From positions 32,001 to 96,000 of IMG/VR virus record IMGVR_UViG_3300020469_000001: a DNA stretch of 64,000 nt. One strand, given 5' to 3'. The stretch is from a virus. Positions 35,310-45,770 of this stretch are shown piece after piece. Position 1 is the first letter of the stretch. Each line of letters starts with the position of its first letter. A model generated the notes under the pieces. The model saw only the letters and a list, made by a program, of their open reading frames with translations, made no database searches and was not told the origin of the DNA. Position numbers and translations under genes: made by a program.

Positions 35310-36132
35310 AGAAGATTGGGAGATAACTCCACAATTTAAAAGAGATAACTGGGATAACGAACCAATTCGTTTATTTGTTGGAACAAGTGAAACTTTTGAT
35401 AGACACCCAGAGCAAATATATCTATACAGTATACTAAGAAATACTGACCACCCTGTAGAAGTCACTTGGCTTAGACCAAGTATGTTCCCTGATTGGACAA
35501 GACAAGGATGGGGAACACCATTTACTTGTTTTAGATATGCAATACCAGAGATGTGTAATTTTAAAGGAAGAGCCTTGTATACTGACTGCGATATGATAAA
35601 CTTTAGAGATATACAACATCTTTGGAGAACAGACTTAAAAGGTAAACCTTTTGGAATGGTCTGGGATGCACTACAAATGAATTCAGATAAATTTAAAGGC
35701 ACTGACCACGAAAGAGGTTGGTGGTGTGATAGTGTCATGTTGATAGATTGTGAAAAAGCAAAAGAATACATACACCCTATAAAAGAACAAGCAAAGTGGC
35801 CTACAACATATAAATGGGATTTCATGGCAGGTATAGGTTCTCCCTTCAAAGAGAAATCAAAAGAGATAGTGCAGGAACTAGATGCAAGATGGAACTCATT
35901 TGATGGTGCTGATACAGCATTTCCATACAAAAAACCATACCCAATGGATGATAAAGAACAGTTAGCCTTAGAAGAAATATGGCAAGTGCATTTGACAGCG
36001 TTAAGCTATCAACCTTGGCATCCGAAGTACTCTCCTCATGCAAAAGCTAGTCATAAACGACAAGACATAATGGAGGTGTATTGGAAGTATAGTAGGGAGT
36101 TGAAAACATTGGAGAAGTTAAGTGAGATTTGA
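35287..36132 (+). CDS. Glycosyltransferase (GT8-like)
   Basis: TPFTCFRY, ALYTDCDM (DxD), SVMLIDC and WN...H.T...QPW. Confidence 0.75.
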   Translation: MSHTMISEEDWEITPQFKRDNWDNEPIRLFVGTSETFDRHPEQIYLYSILRNTDHPVEVTWLRPSMFPDWTRQGWGTPFTCFRYAIPEMCNFKGRALYTDCDMINFRDIQHLWRTDLKGKPFGMVWDALQMNSDKFKGTDHERGWWCDSVMLIDCEKAKEYIHPIKEQAKWPTTYKWDFMAGIGSPFKEKSKEIVQELDARWNSFDGADTAFPYKKPYPMDDKEQLALEEIWQVHLTALSYQPWHPKYSPHAKASHKRQDIMEVYWKYSRELKTLEKLSEI

Positions 36133-36808
36133 AGAACTAATTCATCCCATCGGGGTTGATGAGTTTCACTTAAAATACAAGGGGAAGAAACATTTTTACA
36201 TCAAACGGAAAGATAATCCGTTTGTAAAACATTTTAGTTGGGAAGAACTAGATAACTATCTCAATCAGATAAGTATAGGAACTTGGGATAGAACACCACA
36301 GCTACAGGTAGTGTTGCCTGACGGAAAGAAGTGGTGTAAGAAAAAAGACAAGACTAAAAAGACACGCACAGAACTTTGGAATCTGTGGAATAATGGAAGT
36401 AGTTTCATACTCACACTTAGTGAGTTCTTAAGTGAAACTATGTGGAAGCAATGTCAAGAGTTTGAAAAACATTACGGTGTTGGTCAAGCAAACATTTACT
36501 GCAGTAAGCAGGAAGATGCTAAGTGCTTTCCCATTCATGCAGATTCTACTGACAACTTTTTATTTCATGTATCTGGTAAAATACGCTGGTACATTTATGA
36601 GGAGTTTGCAGAAAAGGGAGGTCGCTGGGAAGATGCTACTTTGGAAGAAGTAGTAGATTTAGATGATGGCGACTTACTTTACATACCGAAAGGTAAGTAT
36701 CATAGAGTGGATACTCTAAGCCCACGAATATCAATTAGCTTTCACTTTCAGGACCGAAGTGAAGGTAACCCATATTATAGGAAGAATTGGTATAACTGGA
36801 AACCATAG
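36122..36808 (+). CDS. JmjC/cupin hydroxylase (RoxA/YcfD-like)
   Basis: ANIY, HADSTDNF...SGK..W and GDLLYIP.G.YH. Confidence 0.85.
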   Translation: MRFEELIHPIGVDEFHLKYKGKKHFYIKRKDNPFVKHFSWEELDNYLNQISIGTWDRTPQLQVVLPDGKKWCKKKDKTKKTRTELWNLWNNGSSFILTLSEFLSETMWKQCQEFEKHYGVGQANIYCSKQEDAKCFPIHADSTDNFLFHVSGKIRWYIYEEFAEKGGRWEDATLEEVVDLDDGDLLYIPKGKYHRVDTLSPRISISFHFQDRSEGNPYYRKNWYNWKP

Positions 36809-36817
36809 GAGATTACT

Positions 36818-37192
36818 ATGGCAGAAGGAAGTGATAATTCACGAAATGAAGTCGAAATAGATTTAGACAAGTATATGGCTCTCATAGAGAAGTTAGACAA
36901 GTCTGAAGATATGATAAAAGAAATGCAACTTGAGGCTGCAGCAGCCAAGAAAAGACTTGCACCTCCTAAACGAAAGTTTATGGACTTATTTCTTGACGAC
37001 AATGATGTTAATGAGAAGGCTATAATTGGCTTTATCGCATTCTTTATGCTTATTGTTTTCGCTGGGTGTGACTTAGTAACGGCGTTCTGGGGACAGGACT
37101 TAGTAATTAGTGACACCATATTCACAAGCCTCGTAGTGATTACACTAGGAAGTTTTGGAATCAGTGAAGCAGGAAGAGCATTTGGAAAGTGA
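36818..37192 (+). CDS. Membrane protein (two TM, holin-like)
   Basis: Coiled coil, then NEK.IIGF TM and LGSFGI. Confidence 0.55.
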   Translation: MAEGSDNSRNEVEIDLDKYMALIEKLDKSEDMIKEMQLEAAAAKKRLAPPKRKFMDLFLDDNDVNEKAIIGFIAFFMLIVFAGCDLVTAFWGQDLVISDTIFTSLVVITLGSFGISEAGRAFGK

Positions 37193-37575
37193 TAACAGCA
37201 AAATTATTTATAGACTTTGAATTAATTGAAAAACAGTATGAACCAGCAATGATTCATACTACGGATATATTCTGTCCTGTTTCTCATAGAAAGGAACAGG
37301 ATGGGTATGCCCAACTCCGACAGGATGTACTCAGCAATGGGATGAAGCATCCTGTCATCTTAATTCCTAATACAGAAAACAACTATCAGTTAGCAATAAG
37401 ACAAGTAAATGCTGAGTATATTGTTGACAGAGTAAAGACTAAATATTTATGTATGTATGGAAATCAAAGATTAGACATATACAAGGACGCTTCCTTCAGT
37501 TATATATGGAGTGTGGTAACTGAAAATGTGGAGTGGTCACATGCTGTATTCCTAGAACTAAAAAATAGTTCTTGA
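37189..37575 (+). CDS. Hypothetical protein, ParB/Srx-like
   Basis: NGMKHPVI...GNQRL. Confidence 0.45.
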   Translation: MITAKLFIDFELIEKQYEPAMIHTTDIFCPVSHRKEQDGYAQLRQDVLSNGMKHPVILIPNTENNYQLAIRQVNAEYIVDRVKTKYLCMYGNQRLDIYKDASFSYIWSVVTENVEWSHAVFLELKNSS

Positions 37576-37600
37576 CACGAACAAAAAATTTCTGTATAAT
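37572..37600 (+). promoter_or_regulatory. sigma70 promoter
   Basis: AAAAATAGTTC-TTGACA-N17-TATAAT. Confidence 0.8.
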
Positions 37601-37760
37601 ATACATATGAATGAAAATACAACAAACAAAAAAACTTGTCAGATGTGGAACTCAGAAACACAGTCCTTTGAGACTTGGTACTGGGATAACTGCGAACATT
37701 GTGATACATTAGTAGACCACAAAACAGGCGAGTGTAAACAATATAAGTGCTGGATATAAT

Positions 37761-38357
37761 ATGAATTTATTTTACTTAGACGAAGATTTAGACAAGTGTG
37801 CTGAATACCATGTGGATAAACACATAGTAAAGATGCCACTTGAAGCTGCACAGCTTTTGTGTACTGCTGTCTGGGTAGACCATGTACTTGGCTTTGTTCC
37901 CCGTGCTTTGAACAAAGAAGAAAGTAAAATCCTCAACGAGGAGAAAGCAAAAATCAAAGACTTACCAATGGAAGAGAGACCATTGACACCTTACTTACCA
38001 ATGATGTACAACCATCCTTGCACAATATGGACTAGGTCATCTCTTGACAACTTTGAATGGACTCATTGTTATGCAAATGCACTAAATGACGAGTATCATT
38101 ATCGTTATGGTAAGCAACACAAGTCGATAGTAGAAGTAGTAAACAAACTGCCTGAGCCAAAGAATATGGAGCGTCTAGGACAGACTCCATTCGGAATGGC
38201 TATGCCAGATGAGTTGAAAGACGAAGCGGATGTTGTAGGCAGTTATCGACTCTATTATCACACAGACAAGGCGACATTCGCCAAGTGGTCACACCGAGAC
38301 AAACCCCATTGGTGGGATGAAGGTCTCGCATGGTATGACCAACGGATAACAAGATGA
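37761..38357 (+). CDS. Pyrimidine-dimer DNA glycosylase-like protein
   Basis: MNLFYLD...DKHIVKMPLE.AQLL, NHPCTIW and EY.YRYGK.H. Confidence 0.75.
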   Translation: MNLFYLDEDLDKCAEYHVDKHIVKMPLEAAQLLCTAVWVDHVLGFVPRALNKEESKILNEEKAKIKDLPMEERPLTPYLPMMYNHPCTIWTRSSLDNFEWTHCYANALNDEYHYRYGKQHKSIVEVVNKLPEPKNMERLGQTPFGMAMPDELKDEADVVGSYRLYYHTDKATFAKWSHRDKPHWWDEGLAWYDQRITR

Positions 38358-38548
38358 TTAAAGTAGAAAGCGAAGGCTATACCTTTACATTTAATGACGG
38401 AACAACAGAAGAACAACAGCAAGAAGCAATCAAAAGACATCTAGCAAAGAGCAGATGGTTTAGACCGATTGTTATGCACAAGAAAGATGGCAATATTGTA
38501 CATCTAGGAAATGGAGTAAGAAAACATGGCAAAAGACATACCTCTTGA
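38354..38548 (+). CDS. Hypothetical protein
   Basis: 64 aa. Confidence 0.5.
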   Translation: MIKVESEGYTFTFNDGTTEEQQQEAIKRHLAKSRWFRPIVMHKKDGNIVHLGNGVRKHGKRHTS

Positions 38549-38741
38549 TGTATTATTGGGAGTCAAAAAAGAACCTATAAATACTATGGAACATAGAGAT
38601 ATGATTCGTGTAAATCTAAACAAACAAAGAGAAGTCACCGAGCAAGAAATTTCTTTGCTTCAGGGTCAATTAGACTCTAAGAAAGAATACCTTGCAAAGA
38701 TAGAGGGCGGACTTGATGTACTTGATGAATTAAGCAAGTGA
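38526..38741 (+). CDS. Hypothetical coiled-coil protein
   Basis: 71 aa. Confidence 0.5.
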   Translation: MAKDIPLDVLLGVKKEPINTMEHRDMIRVNLNKQREVTEQEISLLQGQLDSKKEYLAKIEGGLDVLDELSK

Positions 38742-39364
38742 TAGTAATAAAGGACGATTTTTACGCTTACCCAGACGAGGTCAGAAAAGAAGCCTTGTCT
38801 ATGTTTTTTAGACCAGGGCGCAGGGAACGAAGAACTATGTTTCCAGGGCGTCGCACTAAGTCATCCTTCAGTAATGAGAACTTCATTTATTGTAGGAATA
38901 GGTGGGAGAATATGCTTAACGCAAAAATGCAATATTTTCCTAGAAGAAATAGTAATACAGCTTTTACATTGTCAGAGCATGATGATGCAAACTGGAACTG
39001 GGTACACCATGACTGTTCAGGATTCTTAGAGAATACTAGCAAAGACATGAGAGGTCAAGCGTACGCAGCAGTTATATATCTAAGCCCTAACGCAGATGTT
39101 AGAAAAGGTACAGGATTATTCCAGTCTATAAAGACAGGAAAAGTACATAAGAATGACGAACTAAGTAAAGGCAAAGGTATGTTCAAACAAATGTGGAAAG
39201 AGGACGGAGAGTTCTTAATGCACACTTATGTTGGGAACATCTATAACAGATGTGTTTTGTACCCTGCACACTATTGGCACGCTCCATTCTGTGCGGGATA
39301 TGGACACGACAAAGCTACTGGACGATTAGTTCAGGTTGGCTTTTTTACGATAAACAAAAAATGA
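38738..39364 (+). CDS. 2OG-Fe(II) oxygenase-like (DUF6445-type)
   Basis: DDFY..PD, FPG.RT, WVHHD, A.VIYLSP, GT, YNR.VLY...WH and RL.Q.GF. Confidence 0.7.
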   Translation: MIVIKDDFYAYPDEVRKEALSMFFRPGRRERRTMFPGRRTKSSFSNENFIYCRNRWENMLNAKMQYFPRRNSNTAFTLSEHDDANWNWVHHDCSGFLENTSKDMRGQAYAAVIYLSPNADVRKGTGLFQSIKTGKVHKNDELSKGKGMFKQMWKEDGEFLMHTYVGNIYNRCVLYPAHYWHAPFCAGYGHDKATGRLVQVGFFTINKK

Positions 39365-39678
39365 GTGAGTACAACAGCGATAAATTTAACGAACATCAAG
39401 TATTAGAAATGCTTGAAGAATACATAATGTCTACCTATGGTAAGCATTACAGTATGAATAAGATACAATCTACTGAGTTCGTATTCGATGCAGGACATGG
39501 CGAAGGTTTCTGTTTAGGAAACATCATCAAGTATGCACAGAGATATGGCAAGAAAGATGGTAAGAATGTTGATGACTTACTCAAAATTTTACATTATGGA
39601 ATAATTTTATTAGGGGTAGAAATTGAGAACGAAGAAACACGAAAATCTTTCACAAGCAAATATAAGCAAGGTAATTGA
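39361..39678 (+). CDS. DUF3310-like protein
   Basis: HY...FCLGNIIKYAQRYGKK.G...DL.K; start reassigned to MSEYN. Confidence 0.7.
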   Translation: MSEYNSDKFNEHQVLEMLEEYIMSTYGKHYSMNKIQSTEFVFDAGHGEGFCLGNIIKYAQRYGKKDGKNVDDLLKILHYGIILLGVEIENEETRKSFTSKYKQGN

Positions 39679-40282
39679 ATACTTAAACCCTACAGATGGT
39701 AGTAAGCCTATCACTAAAAAAGAAGCATGTAGTATACTTAACATAGCTTACAACACAACAAGATTAGGCAACATCATTGCAGAGTTTGAAGAAATGATGG
39801 AATTCCGTGCAAGAAGAAAAGCACAGAACAGAGGCAAGGCTGCAACACCAGCAGAGATAAAAGATACAGTAAAGATGTATCTTGAAGGAGATAATGTAAG
39901 TGATATAGCAAAATCGCTATATAGGTCTCCAGCATTTATCAAATCAATAATTGATAAGATAGGTGTGCCACAAAAGATAGCACACACAGATTACGAAGGC
40001 AGACGAAATGCCATGCTACCAGAACAATGTGTAGCAGAAAGTTTCGAACCAAAAGAAAAAATATGGGCAATCAGACAGAACTATCCTGCAATAGTGCAAA
40101 GAGAGTTATCACCTGAAGTTGCCGAACAGCGAGGATTCAAAGTATATCTAGTATATACTATTGAAGCAACACAAGACGACCTCGCAAATACATTCTTCCC
40201 ATACTTAGAGTATGCAGGTAAATATCATTGCCTCGCAGCTTTTGATATGGGTAGTTTAAGACATTTACAAGAGTACATGTAA
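39623..40282 (+). CDS. T5 D2-like protein
   Basis: TKKEAC.ILNIAYNTTRL...YL.G..VS.IAK.LYRS. Confidence 0.7.
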   Translation: MRTKKHENLSQANISKVIEYLNPTDGSKPITKKEACSILNIAYNTTRLGNIIAEFEEMMEFRARRKAQNRGKAATPAEIKDTVKMYLEGDNVSDIAKSLYRSPAFIKSIIDKIGVPQKIAHTDYEGRRNAMLPEQCVAESFEPKEKIWAIRQNYPAIVQRELSPEVAEQRGFKVYLVYTIEATQDDLANTFFPYLEYAGKYHCLAAFDMGSLRHLQEYM

Positions 40283-40294
40283 AAAGGAATAAAA

Positions 40295-40555
40295 ATGGAC
40301 GCACTAATGTTAGTGTCGGCATTTTGGATAGCTGGAGTGGGAATGGCAATTTATACACTCTACATTCCAGCAGTGCAGATAATTGGAAGAATAGATAAGA
40401 ACAATTTAGGATATAGATATGCTTGGTTAGGCGGGATTGTTTTCGCCTTCTTTTCAGCAGTATCTTTACCTTTTCTTATACACATAATACTAATAGACAA
40501 ACATCAGGAAAGATTCCTGAGAGCATTTATACCAGCATATATGGGAGAAAAATAA
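40295..40555 (+). CDS. Membrane protein
   Basis: Two TM segments. Confidence 0.55.
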   Translation: MDALMLVSAFWIAGVGMAIYTLYIPAVQIIGRIDKNNLGYRYAWLGGIVFAFFSAVSLPFLIHIILIDKHQERFLRAFIPAYMGEK

Positions 40556-40890
40556 TGTATAGAGGAAACGCATACTACGAAGCATTAAAATTAAAATACT
40601 TAGCCGAAATTGCAGAAGCAGAGGCAGTACTAGGAACATACTTTACGAACTCAGTAGGTATTGGGGAACACTCCGAACTATTACCAGAGTTTGATAAATG
40701 GGTAGGTGTACTAGCAGAATCAAAAGATAAGCTAAAAGCATTAGAAGGGTTGCTGTAATGCACGATATACAAAAGTGTACTCAAAAACTTATTGCATTAA
40801 TTGATGCAGTAGAAAGAATAGACAAGGATAACCAAACGACCTTACCTTGGAAACTACAAAACGCAAAAGAGTTAGCAAGAGAACTAAAGA

Positions 40891-41247
40891 ATGAATCAGA
40901 GTTTATTACTTCACTACGATAACAAAACTATCGGAGTTGTACGAAACCCCTATGAACGAGTAGTTAATCTGTATATGGAGAGCTTGGATTATATTGGATT
41001 GGATAATTGGATAGCCAAATACCCTCCTGAAAAACAAGTAGTTCTGTATAAGAATTGTGACCACTTAGTTCGTTTCGAGGCATGGGAAGATGAACTTAAA
41101 TTTGCAAAACTACATCCAAAAGATACATCAATTTTGAAGGATGAGGAGATAGTACCTATGTGGAATAGGTGGTATACAATGAAGACTAAAACTTTAGTTT
41201 ACTCAATATATCGGGAAGATATTTTAACCTACGGTTATAGCTTCTAA
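40891..41247 (+). CDS. Short sulfotransferase-like protein
   Basis: VRNPYER and Y.ED...YGY motifs but no 5'-PSB motif. Confidence 0.5.
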   Translation: MNQSLLLHYDNKTIGVVRNPYERVVNLYMESLDYIGLDNWIAKYPPEKQVVLYKNCDHLVRFEAWEDELKFAKLHPKDTSILKDEEIVPMWNRWYTMKTKTLVYSIYREDILTYGYSF

Positions 41248-41257
41248 AATATAGTTC

Positions 41258-41286
41258 TTGACACAAGGTCAAAATTCCGTTATAAT
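41258..41286 (+). promoter_or_regulatory. sigma70 promoter
   Basis: TTGACA-N17-TATAAT. Confidence 0.8.
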
Positions 41287-41431
41287 ATATCTATATTATG
41301 GAAATAAGCTAATGAGTGACAGATTTTATACGCAACAGCTAGAAGCCACAGGTTGGTGTCCTGGCTACCGCAATACTCTAACTCTTAGTGAATTTGAATC
41401 AAAATTTGGTAAAACAAAAAGGAGAAAAAGA

Positions 41432-41782
41432 ATGGCTTGGACAGATGAAGCTAAAGCTCAAGCAGTAGAGATGTATACTGCGGAAGAACCAACTCCAGAC
41501 AACAGTATGGAAGTTGTAAAGATGATTGCTGAAGAATTAGGCGAGAGCCCAAATGGTGTCAGAATGATTCTAACAAAAGCTGGTGTATATGTAAAGAAAA
41601 CTCCAGCTGCAAAAAGCAGTGGTGGAACTGGCGGTGGCAGAGTAAATGTCGCAGCTGCTCAAGACGAGTTAGCAAAAGCTATCTCAGATATGGGTAAAGA
41701 AGCCGATACTGCAATCATAAGTAAGCTAACAGGTAAAGCTGCTATGTATTTTGCAACACTAATTAACGAACTTAACGATTAA
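41432..41782 (+). CDS. T5 D3-like DNA-binding protein (possible upstream in-frame start at 41312)
   Basis: MAWTDE.K...V.MY...PT..NSME.V..IAEE.G.SPNGVRMIL.KAGVYVKK. Confidence 0.75.
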   Translation: MAWTDEAKAQAVEMYTAEEPTPDNSMEVVKMIAEELGESPNGVRMILTKAGVYVKKTPAAKSSGGTGGGRVNVAAAQDELAKAISDMGKEADTAIISKLTGKAAMYFATLINELND

Positions 41783-41902
41783 TTACCCCTGAATCTTGGG
41801 GAGGGCAACCTCCCTGAGTATTTTTGTATCTAACAGAAATAGCTCGTAAGAACCTTACCATTGATAGGACGCTAATAGATATTAACCACCTACAAGGAAA
41901 GA

Positions 41903-42175
41903 ATGAAAAAGGACGATTTTGTTAGAAAACTAGACGATGCAGGTGATGCAATCGTCACCTACAGAAGTCAAAACAGTCGTAGACTAAAGTATAATGTCTG
42001 CACTAGTGACTTCGACAATAAATATATACAATCAAAAAAGAATCGAGCTAAGCCGAATCCAAGACAAGTTCTCTTGTTTTGTTGGGATACTGATTCTTAC
42101 AGATTATTACAACCTGACAATGTAACTTCTATCGTGCCTTTAGCAGCTATACTAAAAAATGATAGAACTACATAA
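41903..42175 (+). CDS. Conserved T5-like hypothetical protein
   Basis: KYNVCT.DF...YI...LLFCWDTDSYR. Confidence 0.65.
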   Translation: MKKDDFVRKLDDAGDAIVTYRSQNSRRLKYNVCTSDFDNKYIQSKKNRAKPNPRQVLLFCWDTDSYRLLQPDNVTSIVPLAAILKNDRTT

Positions 42176-42461
42176 CGAAACACCTGTCTACGAAAAGGTT
42201 ATTCATTATAACGAAGAAAAGAATGAAAAAGTTTATGTTATGATAAACAATTTTCGTGGCACAGAGTATCTACACATAAGGAAGTATTATCAAGACTTTG
42301 ATGAAGAATGGAAACCTACAAGGGAGGGCATTGCCTTACCTATTGATTTGGATAACACTAGAGAACTTTTTGACGCATTAGTTGAGATTCTTTCCATATC
42401 AGAAGTCAAAGGAGTATTAGAAACACATTTCAAAGAAATACTCGATAAGATTTATTTATAG
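42159..42461 (+). CDS. PC4/p15-like ssDNA-binding protein
   Basis: FRG.EYLHIRKYY.D....WKPT..GI. Confidence 0.8.
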   Translation: MIELHNETPVYEKVIHYNEEKNEKVYVMINNFRGTEYLHIRKYYQDFDEEWKPTREGIALPIDLDNTRELFDALVEILSISEVKGVLETHFKEILDKIYL

Positions 42462-42477
42462 TATCAAAAAATAATAC

Positions 42478-42506
42478 TTGACACGAACCCAAAAATTCTG
42501 TATAAT
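42478..42506 (+). promoter_or_regulatory. sigma70 promoter (leaderless ligase-A mRNA likely)
   Basis: TTGACA-N17-TATAAT, ATG 6 nt downstream. Confidence 0.75.
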
Positions 42507-42512
42507 ATACTT

Positions 42513-43454
42513 ATGAATAAAACAGAATACCTAGAATATTGTAATCAGATGTATGCAGAAGGTAATCCTATATTGCCTGACGAAGTATACGATAGACTAG
42601 TAGAAAATACCGAACTTGAAAGTAAGGTCGGATATGATTCCACAGAAGAACGATTTCAACATCCCTACCCAATGTATTCATTACAGAAAGTCTTTGTCGG
42701 AGAAGATAAAGAACCAGATTGGGAAATCAAACAACCACATATAATGACTGCCAAGTTGGACGGTGCAGCCGTGTCTATAACTTATATAGATGGCGTACTG
42801 ACACAGGCGTTGACTCGTGGTGATGGTAAAGCAGGGCTAGATATTACTGATAAAATGAGATGTATAGTACCAGAACGATTGGATAATCTTTATGGGGTAA
42901 GACAAATTACTGGAGAAGTAGTTGCTCCCAAAAGTATTCCTAACGCTAGAAATTATGCGAGTGGTGCTTTGAATCTCAAAGATATAGAAGAATTTAAATC
43001 CAGAGATGTAACTTTCATAGCGTATGGTGTTCAGCCATATCCAACCGATAGTTGGGTAGAAGATATGAGAGAACTTGTACATAATGGATTTTCAACTGTC
43101 ACACAAAGTGATTACAGCATGTTCCCTCAGGACGGTAAAGTGGTACGAGTCGACTCTAATAAATATTTTGAAAAATTAGGCTACACCTCACACCACCCTA
43201 GAGGCAGCTTCGCTCTAAAAACTAGACAGGCAGGAGTAGTTACTCGACTCTTAGATGTTGAATGGAATGTCGGGAAGTCAGGTGCTGTTTCACCAGTAGC
43301 AATACTGGAGCCCTGTGTAATCGGTGAGGCGACAGTTAGTAGGGCAACCCTACATAACATGGCGTATATTGATGCATTGGAACTAGAGATTGGTTGTGAT
43401 GTAGAAGTAATACGAAGTGGAGAAATAATACCTAGAATAGTAAAAAGAATATGA
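42513..43454 (+). CDS. ligA: NAD-dependent DNA ligase, subunit A (adenylation + OB domains)
   Basis: D..YDRL, MYSL.K, KLDG, TRGDG, GEV, RN.ASG, ATLHN and RSGEIIP. Confidence 0.92.
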   Translation: MNKTEYLEYCNQMYAEGNPILPDEVYDRLVENTELESKVGYDSTEERFQHPYPMYSLQKVFVGEDKEPDWEIKQPHIMTAKLDGAAVSITYIDGVLTQALTRGDGKAGLDITDKMRCIVPERLDNLYGVRQITGEVVAPKSIPNARNYASGALNLKDIEEFKSRDVTFIAYGVQPYPTDSWVEDMRELVHNGFSTVTQSDYSMFPQDGKVVRVDSNKYFEKLGYTSHHPRGSFALKTRQAGVVTRLLDVEWNVGKSGAVSPVAILEPCVIGEATVSRATLHNMAYIDALELEIGCDVEVIRSGEIIPRIVKRI

Positions 43455-43990
43455 CAGTGGATGATTACAGAAAACTTGGCAATCCTAGAAGGAACGGCTT
43501 AGGTTTCATATGGATTATGGATGGAGAGGAAAGATATAATTTCTATCATCCAGAGCTACTGCCTATTGGAGTACAACAGTATCACAATCATAGATACAGT
43601 TTTATTTCTAAGATTCTTAAAGGTAAGTTCTGCAACAGAAAAGCAGAGTTAGTTGAGGGCAATAAAGAGCTTTGGGCTATTGACTGCGTTGGAGACAAGA
43701 GTAAACTAAAAGGTGGAGAGTCTAAAAAACTGGACAACGGCATTGATATATTTGAAGGAGAAGTAGAGTATCTAAATGAGGGCGACAGTTACTATATGCA
43801 CCAAAATGAATATCACATAGCATGGGCAGAGACCCCTGCTATTACGCATCTAGAACAAATGGGCGAACCTATACAAGGTCTAGGAGTGTATCATAGATAT
43901 GACTATCATCATTGTCCTATCGCAGATTTTAAATTACCACACCATTTATGTTGGGAGATTATTGAGGAGATTATAAACCATGGCAAATAA
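43451..43990 (+). CDS. Cupin-like hypothetical protein
   Basis: GLGFI...NFY.P.L...HNHR; paralog of 46143-46673. Confidence 0.55.
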   Translation: MTVDDYRKLGNPRRNGLGFIWIMDGEERYNFYHPELLPIGVQQYHNHRYSFISKILKGKFCNRKAELVEGNKELWAIDCVGDKSKLKGGESKKLDNGIDIFEGEVEYLNEGDSYYMHQNEYHIAWAETPAITHLEQMGEPIQGLGVYHRYDYHHCPIADFKLPHHLCWEIIEEIINHGK

Positions 43991-44288
43991 AAAAGAAATA
44001 ATCTTTAGTAAAGAAGAACAAAAAAATAGTAATAGAATTTATAAGAGTGCCACACCAAAACAGACAACTGATTGGTATATCAAGTGGGCAGCCTCTGGAG
44101 TACTACTTACAGCTATGGTTATTAGGTCGGCAGGAGTATCAAATCTTGCTGATACAATATTATCTTTTATTGGGTGTTTAGGTTGGTTATTTGTAGCGTT
44201 TATCTGGAAGGATAGAGCATTAATACTTTTAAACGGCATAGCTTGTTTCATATTATTAACAGGAATATTCACTAAAGTATTGTCATGA
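43980..44288 (+). CDS. Small membrane protein (DUF6552-like)
   Basis: WYIKW.AS...W.DRALI.LN. Confidence 0.6.
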   Translation: MANKKEIIFSKEEQKNSNRIYKSATPKQTTDWYIKWAASGVLLTAMVIRSAGVSNLADTILSFIGCLGWLFVAFIWKDRALILLNGIACFILLTGIFTKVLS

Positions 44289-45052
44289 ACCCCATACTAA
44301 TCAATATAGATGTATGTGGTATCTGTAACGAATCGTGTAATTATTGCCCGAGGTCATCTTCATATCCAAACAAAAAAGAATATATGAGTGTAGAACTTTT
44401 TACTAAGTTCATAAATGATTGTAAGGATTATACTGGGTTCATCTGTTTTACAGGCAGAGGAGAAAACAGTTTAAACCCAAAATTCAAGAAACTTGTGGAA
44501 ATTTTACATTCGAGTGATAGGAAGTATAAGACTAGAATTTTGACAAATGGATATAAACTAAAAGAAAAGTATGAATGGTTTAACATGTTTGATTCGCTAA
44601 TCATCAACTCTTACGAGAGTAAACATCAGATGGAAGCAAGAAAAAAACTTATGCCTCGTGCTACCCACAGGTATTGGGATCAAAGTATAGAGCCAGAAGA
44701 ATGGGGTGAAACACCTATTCAAGTTCAAAATAGAACTGAACTATACGAAAGAATCGCAACAGATAGAAGTGAAATTAACACACCTTGCATATTACCAGCA
44801 AGTAAAGGGTGGATACATCATGACGGAACTATACAGTTATGTTGTAATGATTGGACAGACACAAATGTATATGGCAACATTGCACATGATAACTTCTTTG
44901 ATGTATGGAATAATAATGAAGAACTTATAAAGATAAGAACACAGCTGTTATATGGCAATAGAAGTGCTAATCCTATATGCACAAATTGTAATAGGAAAGT
45001 AACAGATAGAGAGGAGAAAAGAATTGGAAGGCTTAGACAAGTCTATAAATAG
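44285..45052 (+). CDS. Radical SAM/SPASM protein
   Basis: CNESCNYC; C-terminal C..P...DG.IQLCCND...GN...C..C. Confidence 0.88.
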   Translation: MNPILINIDVCGICNESCNYCPRSSSYPNKKEYMSVELFTKFINDCKDYTGFICFTGRGENSLNPKFKKLVEILHSSDRKYKTRILTNGYKLKEKYEWFNMFDSLIINSYESKHQMEARKKLMPRATHRYWDQSIEPEEWGETPIQVQNRTELYERIATDRSEINTPCILPASKGWIHHDGTIQLCCNDWTDTNVYGNIAHDNFFDVWNNNEELIKIRTQLLYGNRSANPICTNCNRKVTDREEKRIGRLRQVYK

Positions 45053-45770
45053 TATAGTAAATGTAAGTGGTGGGGCTGAGTGCTTTGCTGCTTTGTGGTG
45101 GGCAAAAGAAAATGGATTGAAACCAGTAGGATTACATCTATATAATAATCCACACAACCACCCAGCAAAAGATGCACAATTACACTATGCTCAGAAACAA
45201 TGTGATTTTTTCAAGATTCCGTTAGTAGTAGATAGAAATGAGTTACCACAACAAGTAACTCTAGCATTAGCTGTCAATCAACATATGTCAGCAGCTGCAA
45301 CTTTATTACTTGGAAACCCAGACAATGATTGGAGATACTTAGTATGGGGAGCAAATGCAGAAGATTCTTTTGCACAAAGGCTACAATTAAGGTTTCCTAT
45401 AAGAGCTTACTTGGCTCAAAGGTCATATCAATTAGACCTACATGGAGTATCAGCACAAGAAGTAATGTATGCTCCTATAAATATATTCCCATTTGAAACA
45501 CTATATAAATCAGAAGTAGTTTCAATGATAGCAAAGAACTTATGGGACTTTGCAAAACACAACATCTGGTACTGTTACCCTCCTGATAGAAAAACAGACC
45601 TAGTTAAAAAGATAAAGAAGAAAGATGATGGAGGTTACATTCCATGTGGAGAATGTATAAAATGTATTGAGTGGAAACACGCAGTACAAGTAGCAAATAA
45701 ATCAGTTTACAAACAACAAGAAGGAACATTTAAAAAGAAAAAACCAAACCAACAATGGATAGACGAATAG
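45024..45770 (+). CDS. QueC-like PP-loop ATPase
   Basis: VSGGAE and WYC...PCGECIKC Zn motif. Confidence 0.65.
   Translation: MEGLDKSINSIVNVSGGAECFAALWWAKENGLKPVGLHLYNNPHNHPAKDAQLHYAQKQCDFFKIPLVVDRNELPQQVTLALAVNQHMSAAATLLLGNPDNDWRYLVWGANAEDSFAQRLQLRFPIRAYLAQRSYQLDLHGVSAQEVMYAPINIFPFETLYKSEVVSMIAKNLWDFAKHNIWYCYPPDRKTDLVKKIKKKDDGGYIPCGECIKCIEWKHAVQVANKSVYKQQEGTFKKKKPNQQWIDE

Noticed and set aside
44285-45770. Complete preQ0/7-deazaguanine DNA modification pathway
   Set aside because: Only a divergent QueC-like gene is present; the radical SAM has a SPASM domain unlike QueE; no QueD, FolE or DpdA in the window.
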